Below, one piece after another: positions 9,616 to 19,549 of a stretch of 64,000 bases of DNA. Below the pieces are notes generated by a model. That model searched no databases, was not told the DNA's origin, and saw only the letters and a list, made by a program, of their open reading frames with translations. The stretch's first letter is position 1; the number at the start of each line of letters is the position of its first letter. The stretch comes from Terriglobia bacterium. GTDB lineage: Bacteria; Acidobacteriota; Terriglobia; 2-12-FULL-54-10. The DNA lies in NCBI GenBank assembly GCA_963666975.2, contig CAXVYR010000004.1, positions 224,001-288,000 on the forward strand. Direction: 5' to 3'. The translations under genes were made by a program, and so were the position numbers.

Positions 9616-10650
9616 CTAGGCGAAGTCCTCAAGATCCGCCAAAACCATATCCGGAGCAGAGGGGAGGATCCCCTGTTGGGCGGCGGCCCTGAGGTATTTT
9701 CTCTGCGTCTCTTTCATGGCTTGGTCCCACCGTGCGACGAGCAGCGGCAACTTGATGGTGCGCTCGATGAGCCGAGTGATGGCCGCGTCTTCCCGGATGC
9801 CCGTTAGCTCCTGAAACCGATTTTCCCGAAAGAACTCGTACCCGTTGCGGGACGCCCAATCAACCGTGTCGATCCAGGCGTCTCGGAACCGCCTCATGAT
9901 GTCCATGTTGTTCCGGACGTAGTTGACCGTGACGGTGATTCCGGAGAGGATCTTTGGTGTTCCCCACATTTTCTCGAACTCTTGTGAGTATGGGCCGAAG
10001 ATGATCTTGGCATCCGCTGCGATCTCGGCCCGCAGGGCCAGGGGATCAAACAACGTTGCGGCGTCAATATCCCCCCGCTGCAGCAGAGGAATGAGTCCTG
10101 GCGGGGAGGCTTCGGCCAGATCGAAGATTTGTTCCAGTCGGGGACGGTCCACCCCGAACTTCACTGCCAGCAGGACGGAGAGTTCGTTAAAGTTGGAGGA
10201 ATCGCGGCCAAAGATGCCGAGCTTCGGTTTGCGTCCCCGCCTTTGCTGGAAATTCAGCAGACCGTCCATGCTGTCTATCCCCGAATCGGTCCGGGCGATC
10301 ACGACGTTCGGGCTGCACAGAACACTGTTCAGCATGGTTACGGCGAATCTGGAGGAAGAAATGGCCAACTGGCTCGGACCGAAGTCGAAGGAAACATCCG
10401 ACAGCCCCTGCAGGAAGTTTTGGACGGAGAGATCGGCTCCAAAGGGTTTCACTTCCACGTTGAGTCCCTGCCTTCGTGCCGCTCCGGAGCGGACCAAAAG
10501 GTTGGCTGCCACGGCCGTCATGCCGCCCGACAGGCCGCTGACACGCACGGTGGGCATGGTTTGCCCGAACAGCAGCCCCGATCCGGATTTGCTGAAGGCC
10601 GCCGCCCCTAAGTTCAACCCGCTGTACTTGAAAAACTGTCTGCGATTCAT
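9616..10650 (-). CDS. Tat-exported ABC substrate-binding protein (SBP1, NMT1/TauA-like)
   Basis: MNRRQFFKY twin-arginine signal (probable start 10650); directly upstream of the permeases. Confidence 0.8.
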   Translation of the reverse strand: MNRRQFFKYSGLNLGAAAFSKSGSGLLFGQTMPTVRVSGLSGGMTAVAANLLVRSGAARRQGLNVEVKPFGADLSVQNFLQGLSDVSFDFGPSQLAISSSRFAVTMLNSVLCSPNVVIARTDSGIDSMDGLLNFQQRRGRKPKLGIFGRDSSNFNELSVLLAVKFGVDRPRLEQIFDLAEASPPGLIPLLQRGDIDAATLFDPLALRAEIAADAKIIFGPYSQEFEKMWGTPKILSGITVTVNYVRNNMDIMRRFRDAWIDTVDWASRNGYEFFRENRFQELTGIREDAAITRLIERTIKLPLLVARWDQAMKETQRKYLRAAAQQGILPSAPDMVLADLEDFA

Positions 10651-10756
10651 ACCCTTCCCAAAAGGACTCCTTTCCAGATTCACCATGGAGGGGTGGTTCG
10701 AGCTATCGATCCATTCGACCGATAAGAATCGGAAGACGGAGTTCCACGCTCCCCCA

Positions 10757-12169
10757 TTAAAGGCCGTTGCGGGTCAGCTTCTTCAGCGCCTGCTCCAATA
10801 GGGGGCTGATCTCACAGCCGCCCTGCGGCATCACCCGTTCAAACCGCTTCCGCTCTTCTTTCCGCCATAGAGGCGGCTTGGTGGCGTCGATGGCCATTTT
10901 CCCCCCGACCCGCATCACGGTGACCTCATCGGAGACCTTCGGTACGGAGATGTCCAGAGGATGAATGCGCTCGTGAGGAAGGATGATCACGTCTTTCTCC
11001 GGGTTCACGCGGGTTGAGATCGCCCAGAAGACGTCCCGGGGATCGTGGACGTTCACATCCTCGTCAACGGCGATGACGATCTTCGGATGCAGGTGAGTGC
11101 CGGTCAGCGCCGAAAGCAAAACGTCGCGGGCCTGGCCATCCCACTGGGGCGTCATCTGAACGAAGACGATGAACATGGTCACCCAGGGCGGGATGAAGAC
11201 CTCATGGATCGTGCTGTGCCCGTGGACTTCCCGCATCCGTCGATACAGGCTGGCTTCCATGGGCAGGGAAACGAGCATCTGGTGATCGGTGAACCGCGTG
11301 GCTTGGACATGCCGGAAGATGGGCTCACGGCGGTGCGTGATAGCCGTGATCTGCCAGACCGGGGTTGGGCCCTCGGCCCCTGCGCCGTAGTTGGTGAACT
11401 CCCCGAAAGGGCCTTCCATCTCCCGTTCGGTGGGATGGACCAGTCCTTCGATAATGATCTCGGCTTGAGCGGGAACTTCCAGATCGATGGTCTCGCACTT
11501 CACCAACTCCAGTGTCTCGTTCAGGACGCCGGCGCCCAATTCCAACTCATCCCAGCCCTCGTGGGGTCCGCTGAAGTTCGCAAAAATTTCGTAGGCGGGA
11601 TGCACGCCGATGGCATAAGCCATAGGCATCGGTTTTCCCCGCTCCTGGTATTTTAAGAAGTGGTTCCAATTATGGCGGGCCGCCATCCAGAAGGGCACGC
11701 GGCGCGGGTGCCGAACCAGGGCCCGCACCATTGCCTCGTTTCGCACCCCGGTGTCGGGATCCTTGGTGATGGTTATTCCGGAGCCGATATACCGTCCGGC
11801 GTCCCCTATGGAGTGGACCGGAATCGGCAGTTTAGTCACATCCGCCTGATCTCCGAGCAGCTTCACTTCCTTGCAGGGTCCAGTAGAGACAATGACGGCC
11901 CGGCCCGGCCCGTGGTTAAACATGCGATCGGCTACGTACGGAACCAGATTTTCAACCGGTGCCCCCAGAGCGAGAGCCTGCAATTCCCGTGTGCTCACCA
12001 ACCGGTCACAGAGGCGCCACCCCTCAAAGCCCTTCAGTTTGTGGAGCAGGAAGGGATGTTTGCTCTCCGAGGAAAGAATGCCGACTTCCCGGAGCGGGTC
12101 GATCTCTTCCTCGATGTTGACCAGCCGCCCCCCCAACTCCGCCAGAAATCCGCGCAGTGTAGCCGCCAT
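10757..12169 (-). CDS. UbiD-family prFMN-dependent (de)carboxylase
   Basis: DAGRYI, EIIIEG, EGPFGEFTNY, VDEDVN and KMAIDATKP. Confidence 0.92.
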   Translation of the reverse strand: MAATLRGFLAELGGRLVNIEEEIDPLREVGILSSESKHPFLLHKLKGFEGWRLCDRLVSTRELQALALGAPVENLVPYVADRMFNHGPGRAVIVSTGPCKEVKLLGDQADVTKLPIPVHSIGDAGRYIGSGITITKDPDTGVRNEAMVRALVRHPRRVPFWMAARHNWNHFLKYQERGKPMPMAYAIGVHPAYEIFANFSGPHEGWDELELGAGVLNETLELVKCETIDLEVPAQAEIIIEGLVHPTEREMEGPFGEFTNYGAGAEGPTPVWQITAITHRREPIFRHVQATRFTDHQMLVSLPMEASLYRRMREVHGHSTIHEVFIPPWVTMFIVFVQMTPQWDGQARDVLLSALTGTHLHPKIVIAVDEDVNVHDPRDVFWAISTRVNPEKDVIILPHERIHPLDISVPKVSDEVTVMRVGGKMAIDATKPPLWRKEERKRFERVMPQGGCEISPLLEQALKKLTRNGL

Positions 12170-12248
12170 TGCATGTCCCCCTAAAAGATTCGCTTTCGCC
12201 CCGCAGAGCTTTCCTTAAGGCCTATGCCCCGTTTTTGCATGCTCCAAG

Positions 12249-12320
12249 CCGAGCTTTCGATTTTAGCTTTCGCTGTGCGAAATCATACGCCAGCCGTCCA
12301 GTCTTTTCCAGCTTAGATTG
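12249..12320 (-). promoter_or_regulatory. IS1380-end-like promoter relic facing the UbiD gene
   Basis: TGGAAA-17-TATGAT; shares GGACGGCTGGCGTATG exactly with the 55884..55957 copy; ends in degenerate GCTAAAATCGAAAGCTCGG. Confidence 0.65.
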
Positions 12321-12639
12321 CTGCGGAAAGGCAGTTGGACTCACAGAACTCAAAACATTTCAAAAATTGACTCCAACATTGCTCTGTTCCATTATTAGAG
12401 TTGCTCAGCGGATGATCCCCTTCTGGTCGTCCGGTATTGGGGAAAAGAAAGTGTTCGCAAGGGATTCCCGAGCCTTGCGCTTCCTTTCTTCGGGATCAGC
12501 AATGTACAATCCTCTATCCGAGGGTGCCGACTCTCAGGACCAGAAATCCATGAGAAGGGGCGATGCGCCGGGAGCTGAAACCGGCGGAGCTTTTGCAAGC
12601 AGTTGCCAGAGGCCCCTTTTCTTGACCTAAGGAGTCATC

Positions 12640-14094
12640 ATGAAACTTTCCTCCGTTCTTCTCTTCGTGTTGTCAGTCGTTGCTTGCTCGGTTGCGCTTG
12701 CCCAGATGGCCGAAGAGACCGGCCGGTCCCCCTTCCTGATCATTCAGGGGGGAACGCTCATCGATGGTACCGGAGCCTCTCCCACAAGCAACGGAAGAAT
12801 TGTTGTTCGTGGCAATAAGATCCTGAGTGTTGTTGGTGACACCGACGAGCCACTTCCGGATGGAGCCCGCCTGGTTGACGCGCGAGGAAAATATATTCTT
12901 CCCGGCCTGATCGACGGACATGCGCATTATGCAGGTTATGCCGAGCCTCTCTACCGTTCTAACGGGATTACATCGGTTGTTGACGTAGGAAACCCAACCC
13001 CGTGGATTCTGTCTCAGAAATGGGCCATCGAAAGAGGCTTGCTTCCCGGACCGAGGATCTATGCGACGGGATCTCAGATCGACAATCCCCCGCTGACATT
13101 CGGCTATGGGATCGCCGTCGAGACGGTGGAGGCGGCCAGAAGCGCCGTCCGACGCCAGGTGGAAGCCGGGGTAGACGCAATTAAAGTTTATAAGAAAATC
13201 CGCCCGGAATTATTGCGGGCGGTCATTGAAGAAGCGCACTTCTATGGGATTCCCGTAACCGGGCATATCGCCATGAGCGCTCGGGAGGCCCTCTTGATGG
13301 GGATCGACTCCATCGAGCACGCCGTTGGAATTCACATCCCCACGATGAGGAATCGGGAAAAATTGAAGGAGTTCCAGGAAAAAAGGTATACGGACGTGAA
13401 CTACCTGGCGGCTCATGACACCGTTACGGGAAGTTTCTACTACATGGAACCGGATCTGGTCCCGGACCTGGTAAAGCTCTTCGTGGAAAAGGGAACGTCG
13501 GTAACACCGACATTGGCGTCCTATTGGATCGGAGGCCACGGCTTTGCGGAGCGCTATGCCAGGGAGGATCAAGACCTGTTGTCGAGTCCTGCGTATGCCT
13601 TTGTCCCCGAATTCGATCGTAGGTGGATCATGCAGGCCCACAGTTACTTTGCCCGCATGAAGGCGGGACCCAAATATCGACAAGCCTACAAAAACCTGCA
13701 GTCGTTTCTGAAACAACTGGCCCAGGCGGGAGGAAAGATCGTAGCTGGGACGGATTCTACGGTCTACGAAATGCACGGCATTAACATCCACCGGGAAATG
13801 GAACTTCTGGTGGATGCCGGGTTGACTCCCATGCAGGCGCTTCTGGGAGCCACACGATATGCGGCGGAGAAGGTCCGGAAGTGGAACGAAGTGGGAAGCG
13901 TGGAGTCGGGCAAGTACGCGGACCTTCTGATCCTGGATGCGAACCCGATGGAGGACATCCGGAACACTCGGAAGATTCACATGGTGATCCAGAATGGGGT
14001 TATCTTGGATACGGAGTTGAACCCAAACTTTGTGAATCAGCTTCCCCGCCCGGCACGCGACCCCGAGAAACTGGAGAAGCTGATTTTTCCTTGA
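12640..14094 (+). CDS. Exported metal-dependent amidohydrolase (Amidohydro_1), tandem copy 1
   Basis: Sec signal; PGLIDGHAH, IKVY, TGH, IEH, GTD and GKYADLLILDANP. Confidence 0.9.
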   Translation: MKLSSVLLFVLSVVACSVALAQMAEETGRSPFLIIQGGTLIDGTGASPTSNGRIVVRGNKILSVVGDTDEPLPDGARLVDARGKYILPGLIDGHAHYAGYAEPLYRSNGITSVVDVGNPTPWILSQKWAIERGLLPGPRIYATGSQIDNPPLTFGYGIAVETVEAARSAVRRQVEAGVDAIKVYKKIRPELLRAVIEEAHFYGIPVTGHIAMSAREALLMGIDSIEHAVGIHIPTMRNREKLKEFQEKRYTDVNYLAAHDTVTGSFYYMEPDLVPDLVKLFVEKGTSVTPTLASYWIGGHGFAERYAREDQDLLSSPAYAFVPEFDRRWIMQAHSYFARMKAGPKYRQAYKNLQSFLKQLAQAGGKIVAGTDSTVYEMHGINIHREMELLVDAGLTPMQALLGATRYAAEKVRKWNEVGSVESGKYADLLILDANPMEDIRNTRKIHMVIQNGVILDTELNPNFVNQLPRPARDPEKLEKLIFP

Positions 14095-14166
14095 GGAGGC
14101 TCTGGCCCCAGTGGGAATTTCACCCTGGAAGCACGTTTCCACTCTAGCCGCAGGAAGGACAATCAC

Positions 14167-15630
14167 ATGAAGCAACTCACCGTTCTTTTGGCAATCCTGT
14201 TCCTGGTTCATTGCTCCGCGCGCCCCCCGGAGGGCGAGGAGGTGCGAGGGGGAATCCCGACCCTGGTCATTCGAGGGGGAACGCTCATTGATGGCACCGG
14301 GGCCGGGCCCAGGGAGAACGGGATTATCGTTGTTAGCGACAAGAGAATCCTGAGCGTTTCTCAAAATCCAAACCAGCCCGCACCGGAAGGAGCTCGCCTG
14401 GTTGACGCACAAGGCAAGTACATTCTTCCCGGCCTGATCGACGGACACACGCACTACGACGGAAATGCCGCGCTCCTTTATCTTTCCAATGGGATCACAT
14501 CGGTCATTGACACGGGAAACACCGCCCCCTGGATCTACGCCCAGAAATGGGCGATCGAAAAAGGGCTAGTTCCTGGACCGAGGATCTTTGCGGCGGGGCC
14601 TCATGTCAATTCTCCGCCTGAAATCTTTGCCTCGATGATCATCGAGACCGTGGATGCCGCCAGGACCGCAACGCGGCAAATGATTGAGGACGGGTCGGAT
14701 CTGATCAAGGTTTATAAGCAGCTGCGGCCGGAGCTGCTCCAGGCAGTCATTGAGGAAGCGCACCTCCATGGGATTCCCGTAACAGGCCATCTGGCCATGA
14801 GCGCTCGGGAGGCCGTCTTGATGGGCATTGACTCGCTCGAACACGCCAGCGGAGTTCCCATCGCCACAATGACCGACGAGGAAAAGTTAAAAGAGGTCGA
14901 GGAAAAAAGATACACCGACGCGAACTACCTGGTGGATCATGCCACCCTGCCGGAAAGCTTCTACTATATGCAGCCCGAGCTGGTTTCAGAATTGGTTGAT
15001 CTTTTCATCGAGAAGGGAACGTCGGTGACCCCCACATTGATTTGTTACTGGATGGGAGCAACCGGCTTTGAGGAAGAATATGAAAAGGCTGATCGGGCGT
15101 TCTTTGCGGACTCGGCCTACGGCTTTGTTCCTGAGTTGGAGCGTCGCTGGATTCTCCGGGCCTACGATCATTTCAGCCGCATCAAAGCGGGTCCCAAATA
15201 CGAGCAGGGGTATAAGAATCTGCAGTCGTTTCTCAAACAATTCGCTCAAGCGGGCGGCAAGATCGTGGCTGGGTCCGATGCTTCCGGCTACGGGATGCAC
15301 GGTGTCAGTCTCCACCGCGAGCTGGAGCTTTTGGTTGCCGCCGGCCTCACTCCCATGCAAGCGCTTCTGGGAACCACCCGATATGCGGCGGAGAAGGTCC
15401 GGAAATGGGACGAGGCGGGAAGCGTGGAACCCGGCAAGTACGCGGACCTTCTGATTCTGGAGGCGAACCCGCTGGAGGACATCCGGAACACCCGGAAGAT
15501 TCACATGGTGATACAGAACGGGGTCGTATTGGACACGACCTTGGACCCGAACTTTATCAACCAGATCCCGCGCCCAGCCCCGACAGAGCAGTATATGACG
15601 ATGTATGAGAAGTTACTCTTTGGGAACTAA
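14167..15630 (+). CDS. Exported amidohydrolase (Amidohydro_1), tandem copy 2, possible lipoprotein
   Basis: Signal ending FLVHC; PGLIDGHTH, IKVY, TGH, LEH and GSD. Confidence 0.9.
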   Translation: MKQLTVLLAILFLVHCSARPPEGEEVRGGIPTLVIRGGTLIDGTGAGPRENGIIVVSDKRILSVSQNPNQPAPEGARLVDAQGKYILPGLIDGHTHYDGNAALLYLSNGITSVIDTGNTAPWIYAQKWAIEKGLVPGPRIFAAGPHVNSPPEIFASMIIETVDAARTATRQMIEDGSDLIKVYKQLRPELLQAVIEEAHLHGIPVTGHLAMSAREAVLMGIDSLEHASGVPIATMTDEEKLKEVEEKRYTDANYLVDHATLPESFYYMQPELVSELVDLFIEKGTSVTPTLICYWMGATGFEEEYEKADRAFFADSAYGFVPELERRWILRAYDHFSRIKAGPKYEQGYKNLQSFLKQFAQAGGKIVAGSDASGYGMHGVSLHRELELLVAAGLTPMQALLGTTRYAAEKVRKWDEAGSVEPGKYADLLILEANPLEDIRNTRKIHMVIQNGVVLDTTLDPNFINQIPRPAPTEQYMTMYEKLLFGN

Positions 15631-15703
15631 TCGGTCCAGGCGAGATGCACAAACTTTCAGGGTGACAGAGGATCTGTTGCCAACTTCAGGAGAGAAAAGC
15701 GTC

Positions 15704-17182
15704 ATGAAACACCACACTTTCATTTTTTTCCTCGTCTTCTTCTGCGTAAGTAGCTCTGGCTCTTTCGCTCAGCAGGCCGAGAAGAAAGCGGGAACTGCCT
15801 CCTTGATCATTCAAGGCGGGACTCTCATCGACGGCACCGGGGCCGGGCCAAGGGAAAACGGGACCATCGTAGTTCAAGACAACAAGATTCTCACCGTCTC
15901 TCGCGACCCCATCCAACCATTGCCGGAAGGAGCCCGTGTGATTGATGCGCGGGGCAAATACGTCCTTCCCGGCTTGATTGACGGACATACGCACTATGGC
16001 GGCTATGCCGCGCAACTTTACCTGCACTACGGAATCACATCGGTTGTTGACACAGGCAACACCAGACCGTGGATTCTGGTTCAGAAATGGGCCATTGAAA
16101 GAGGCCTAATTCCCGGACCGAGGATTTACGCTGCGGGGGCCATGATGGATCACCCTCCACTGGTCTTTTTCGATGGGAATACATTCCTGGTCGAGACGGC
16201 GGAGGCCGCTAAAGCTGCCGTGCGACGCCAGGTGTCGGAAGGGGTAGACGCCATCAAGGTTTACAAGCACATGCGGCCGGAGCTGGTGCAGGCGGTCATC
16301 GAGGAAGCGCATTTTCAGGGGGTTCCCGTGACCGGCCATATTTCGTTCAGTGCTCGCGATGCCGTCATGATGGGAATTGACTCGCTCGAGCACGCCAGCG
16401 GAATTCCCATGGCAACGATGACCGATCTGGAAAAACTGAAGGAGATCGAAGAAAGACGGTATACGGATGCAAACTACCTGGTGGATCATGCCTCTCTCCC
16501 CGAAATTTTCTACTATATGCAGGACGAACTGGTGGAGGATTTGGTTGAGCTCCTGGTGGAGAAAGGAACTTCTGTGACGCCCACTTTGGTGTGTTACTGG
16601 ATGGGAGTCCACCGCTTCTCCGAGCGATACGAACAGGAGGATCGAGCCTTCTTATCCAACCCGGCTTATGCTTTTGTCCCAGAATTGGACCGTCGCTGGA
16701 TCTTCCAGGCATATGATCATTTCGGCCGGATCAAGGCAGGCCCTAAATATCAGCAAGCCTACAAGAACCTGCAGGCGTTTCTTAGGAAATTCGCTCAGGC
16801 AGGAGGCAAGATCGTGGCAGGCTCGGATTCCAATCCCGGCTACGAAATGCACGGCGTCAGCCTCCACCGGGAGCTGGAACTCTTGGTGGACGCAGGTCTG
16901 ACTCCGATGCAGGCACTTTTGGGGGCGTCCAAGTATGCGGCTGAGAAATTCCGGAAATGGAACGAAGTAGGCAGCGTCGAGGCGGGCAAGTATGCGGATT
17001 TCGTGATCCTGGATGCCAATCCGTTGGAAGACATCCGGAACACCACAAAGATCCACATGGTGATTCAAAACGGCCGGGTTCTGGATACGGACCTGCACGG
17101 AAACTTCACGGATCAGATCCCTCACCCTCTTCTCAAGGAGGAGGAGATCGGCAGACAGGAGAAACTCCTCTTTGGCGATTAG
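15704..17182 (+). CDS. Exported amidohydrolase (Amidohydro_1), tandem copy 3
   Basis: Start moved to ATG 15704 (MKHHTFIFF signal); same motifs as copies 1-2. Confidence 0.9.
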   Translation: MKHHTFIFFLVFFCVSSSGSFAQQAEKKAGTASLIIQGGTLIDGTGAGPRENGTIVVQDNKILTVSRDPIQPLPEGARVIDARGKYVLPGLIDGHTHYGGYAAQLYLHYGITSVVDTGNTRPWILVQKWAIERGLIPGPRIYAAGAMMDHPPLVFFDGNTFLVETAEAAKAAVRRQVSEGVDAIKVYKHMRPELVQAVIEEAHFQGVPVTGHISFSARDAVMMGIDSLEHASGIPMATMTDLEKLKEIEERRYTDANYLVDHASLPEIFYYMQDELVEDLVELLVEKGTSVTPTLVCYWMGVHRFSERYEQEDRAFLSNPAYAFVPELDRRWIFQAYDHFGRIKAGPKYQQAYKNLQAFLRKFAQAGGKIVAGSDSNPGYEMHGVSLHRELELLVDAGLTPMQALLGASKYAAEKFRKWNEVGSVEAGKYADFVILDANPLEDIRNTTKIHMVIQNGRVLDTDLHGNFTDQIPHPLLKEEEIGRQEKLLFGD

Positions 17183-17270
17183 CCGGGACAACTCCGAACA
17201 GCTGACCGGTTCTGTTCTCATTCCATTCATGCCCGGAGTGGCGCCGTCGGTAGTTGAATTGTCAGATCGC

Positions 17271-19091
17271 TCAGTGAGTGTCAAATGCTGCCTGATACTG
17301 AGCTATCGTGGTTCGGATCGCTTCCAATTCGGATTTTGTCGGATTGTCGGGATCAACCGGCACCGGCAGGGCGCCGAACTTCATCAGGCAAGCCATCAGG
17401 AGCAGGCGAGCTTTGGTAGCGGTCAGATTATTACCTTCGATATATAAGTCGTCTGGATTGGTGGGCGTAATTCCGCCGTGGTTGCCCCGGCCCACTCGGG
17501 CTACAGGAATCCCCCGCAAGACGGCCCCTGTCAAAGCCGCCATTTTCGGTTCGTCAAAAACGCCATATGGCGATTTCCCCTCGACCACAAAACCGGCGAG
17601 AGGAAAATGTTGTAGATTCTTCTCGATCCGAGCCAGGATCTCTACCTCGCTGGCAGCGTCATCAGAATGGTCCGGGGGCGCATACCTGGCGTGTTTCACG
17701 AAGGTTACCATAGGAATCGCCGTCGGGAGCAAGTCTCCCTTCTCATCCTTGATCGAAACCGAAACATTTCTGATCCCATCGCCGATTCGCTGCACCCCCT
17801 GAACGGCGGCAGCCAGCCTCGTCACATTGAACTCGGAAGAATACGTGTGTTGCTTCACAGGCAAGAAAGTAAGCTCCAGGGGATTGAGGCTGCCGATGAT
17901 CCCTCCGTGCCCGCCGGTTGCAATGTAACCGCCGGGCCGATCGTCCCCTTTTTGGACGTCCCGCGCCGTGAAAATCTGTTCTTCCTGAATCATCACGGCG
18001 CCAATCTTGTCGAGCCCGCTTGCATCCTTCCAGACACCGGACACAATGTAGTCGACCGAGTCTACAATATTACGGTCGCCGTCGTTACTCAGCATGCCGT
18101 GCACTCGCTGTGAGGAGTTGCCCACGATGGGCACGGTGGTATCAATCAGCAAGCTGAGCCAGTAAATTGTTTCTTCCGTCGATGGACTCCCCTCCAGCCA
18201 AATCGCACCCGCATAGTCGCCTTTGGCCAGTGCCCGCTGCACCACATTCGTCAAATGCGCCAGAGTTGGCATTGCGGGCTCCTGCCGGAAGGATTCGTAA
18301 GTGAAGAAGTCTTCACCCCACGTTTCATCCGGGATATCCTCCGCACCTACGTCCGTACGCGTACGCTGGGCGGCCGGCAAGCCTTTCCGATACCCACCCG
18401 ACGGAGCAGGCCGGAAGAAATGGAAATCGGCTTTAGAGCTGAGCAGGCCGTTGGTCGCGTTGACCCCAAGGCCGAAACGGTCAATCTCCTCGAAGACACG
18501 TGAGGCATCCGGGTAAAACGACAACCGGCACTTTTCAGGGGGGGCTCCGGGTTGCGCACAATGTCCGTTCCAAGCACTCCCGTCGGCCTGGCGAGCCATG
18601 TAAGGCAGCAAGTACGGTCCGTCTCCCGGGTCCAGTGTGACTTCGAAAACCGGGATGTCGTCAGGCGTTTGGCGTACCCTGCTAAAAGCGCGGGTTTGGG
18701 GGGTGACGTACCCGTCGGGTGGCGCGTAAAGTTCGCTCATGTCTTGCTCCAGGGGATGCGCGCTATATGCTTCAATGTATACCGTCACTGGAGCCGCCAA
18801 GCGTTGAGGTCTCAGGGCGTCAAAGCGCAGGGATGTTCCGTCCCGATGCGTGAGAGGCGGTAGCCCGTATTTCTCCCTCGCCTTATTGCTGGTGACAAGA
18901 GGTTCGCTGTTCAGTATGGTTGCGGTCGGCCCTGAAAACACAGCGATCCTTGGTTTGGCATCCTGCCCGTAGGTCGACAGGGCAACTCCGGCAAAGATCA
19001 TCACGAGTGGCAGTATGCGGGCAGAAATAAGCGAACAGGGACGTCTAATTCCACTCGAGCAGCGATTGCTTTTCCTTAAATTCCTGGACAT
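17271..19091 (-). CDS. Exported asparaginase/glutaminase-fold protein with atypical active site
   Basis: IAVFSGPTAT, EGSPSTEETIYWL, NSSQR, SNDGDRNI, ARDVQK and NNLTATKARLLL; N-terminal hydrophobic signal. Confidence 0.8.
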   Translation of the reverse strand: MSRNLRKSNRCSSGIRRPCSLISARILPLVMIFAGVALSTYGQDAKPRIAVFSGPTATILNSEPLVTSNKAREKYGLPPLTHRDGTSLRFDALRPQRLAAPVTVYIEAYSAHPLEQDMSELYAPPDGYVTPQTRAFSRVRQTPDDIPVFEVTLDPGDGPYLLPYMARQADGSAWNGHCAQPGAPPEKCRLSFYPDASRVFEEIDRFGLGVNATNGLLSSKADFHFFRPAPSGGYRKGLPAAQRTRTDVGAEDIPDETWGEDFFTYESFRQEPAMPTLAHLTNVVQRALAKGDYAGAIWLEGSPSTEETIYWLSLLIDTTVPIVGNSSQRVHGMLSNDGDRNIVDSVDYIVSGVWKDASGLDKIGAVMIQEEQIFTARDVQKGDDRPGGYIATGGHGGIIGSLNPLELTFLPVKQHTYSSEFNVTRLAAAVQGVQRIGDGIRNVSVSIKDEKGDLLPTAIPMVTFVKHARYAPPDHSDDAASEVEILARIEKNLQHFPLAGFVVEGKSPYGVFDEPKMAALTGAVLRGIPVARVGRGNHGGITPTNPDDLYIEGNNLTATKARLLLMACLMKFGALPVPVDPDNPTKSELEAIRTTIAQYQAAFDTH

Positions 19092-19355
19092 TGTTTGGCC
19101 TCCTAACTTTAGGGAAATCTGGGTAGCCTATTTTAGGCCCGATTGAAATCAAGGTGGCCTTTTCTTTAAGATGTTGCCAATTCGCAGGCGTGTTACGTAA
19201 GACGCGCAAGAATCTGGCTGCTTTGTCCCGATGCAGTAGCTTTACTGCGAATTATGGATTTAAACTTCTCTCGGCTCAAGATTGTACGCCAGTAACTCTG
19301 TCAGTTCGGGGAAAATCTGGGAGTGTGATGCAACCCTGATGTCCCGGCTCCTGAA

Positions 19356-19418
19356 CTGGATATAGGAGGAGGGCTGGTGTATGATGTGCGGAAGATGACT
19401 GGAACATGGAAATTCCGA
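19356..19418 (+). promoter_or_regulatory. IS1380-end-like promoter relic facing the GMC operon
   Basis: TGGATA-17-TATGAT with GGCTGGTG before the -10; ends ACATGGAAATTCCGA. Confidence 0.6.
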
Positions 19419-19549
19419 TTGGGTATTTGCCGGATGTCATTAAATTGCTGGTCTGACGAGTTCCACAGGACTGCGGAAGTTCCTGCCTAGATTCCGGAAT
19501 GCTGTGGCATTGGAGAATCCGGAACTTGGCTCCGTGGAGGGAGGCTAGG

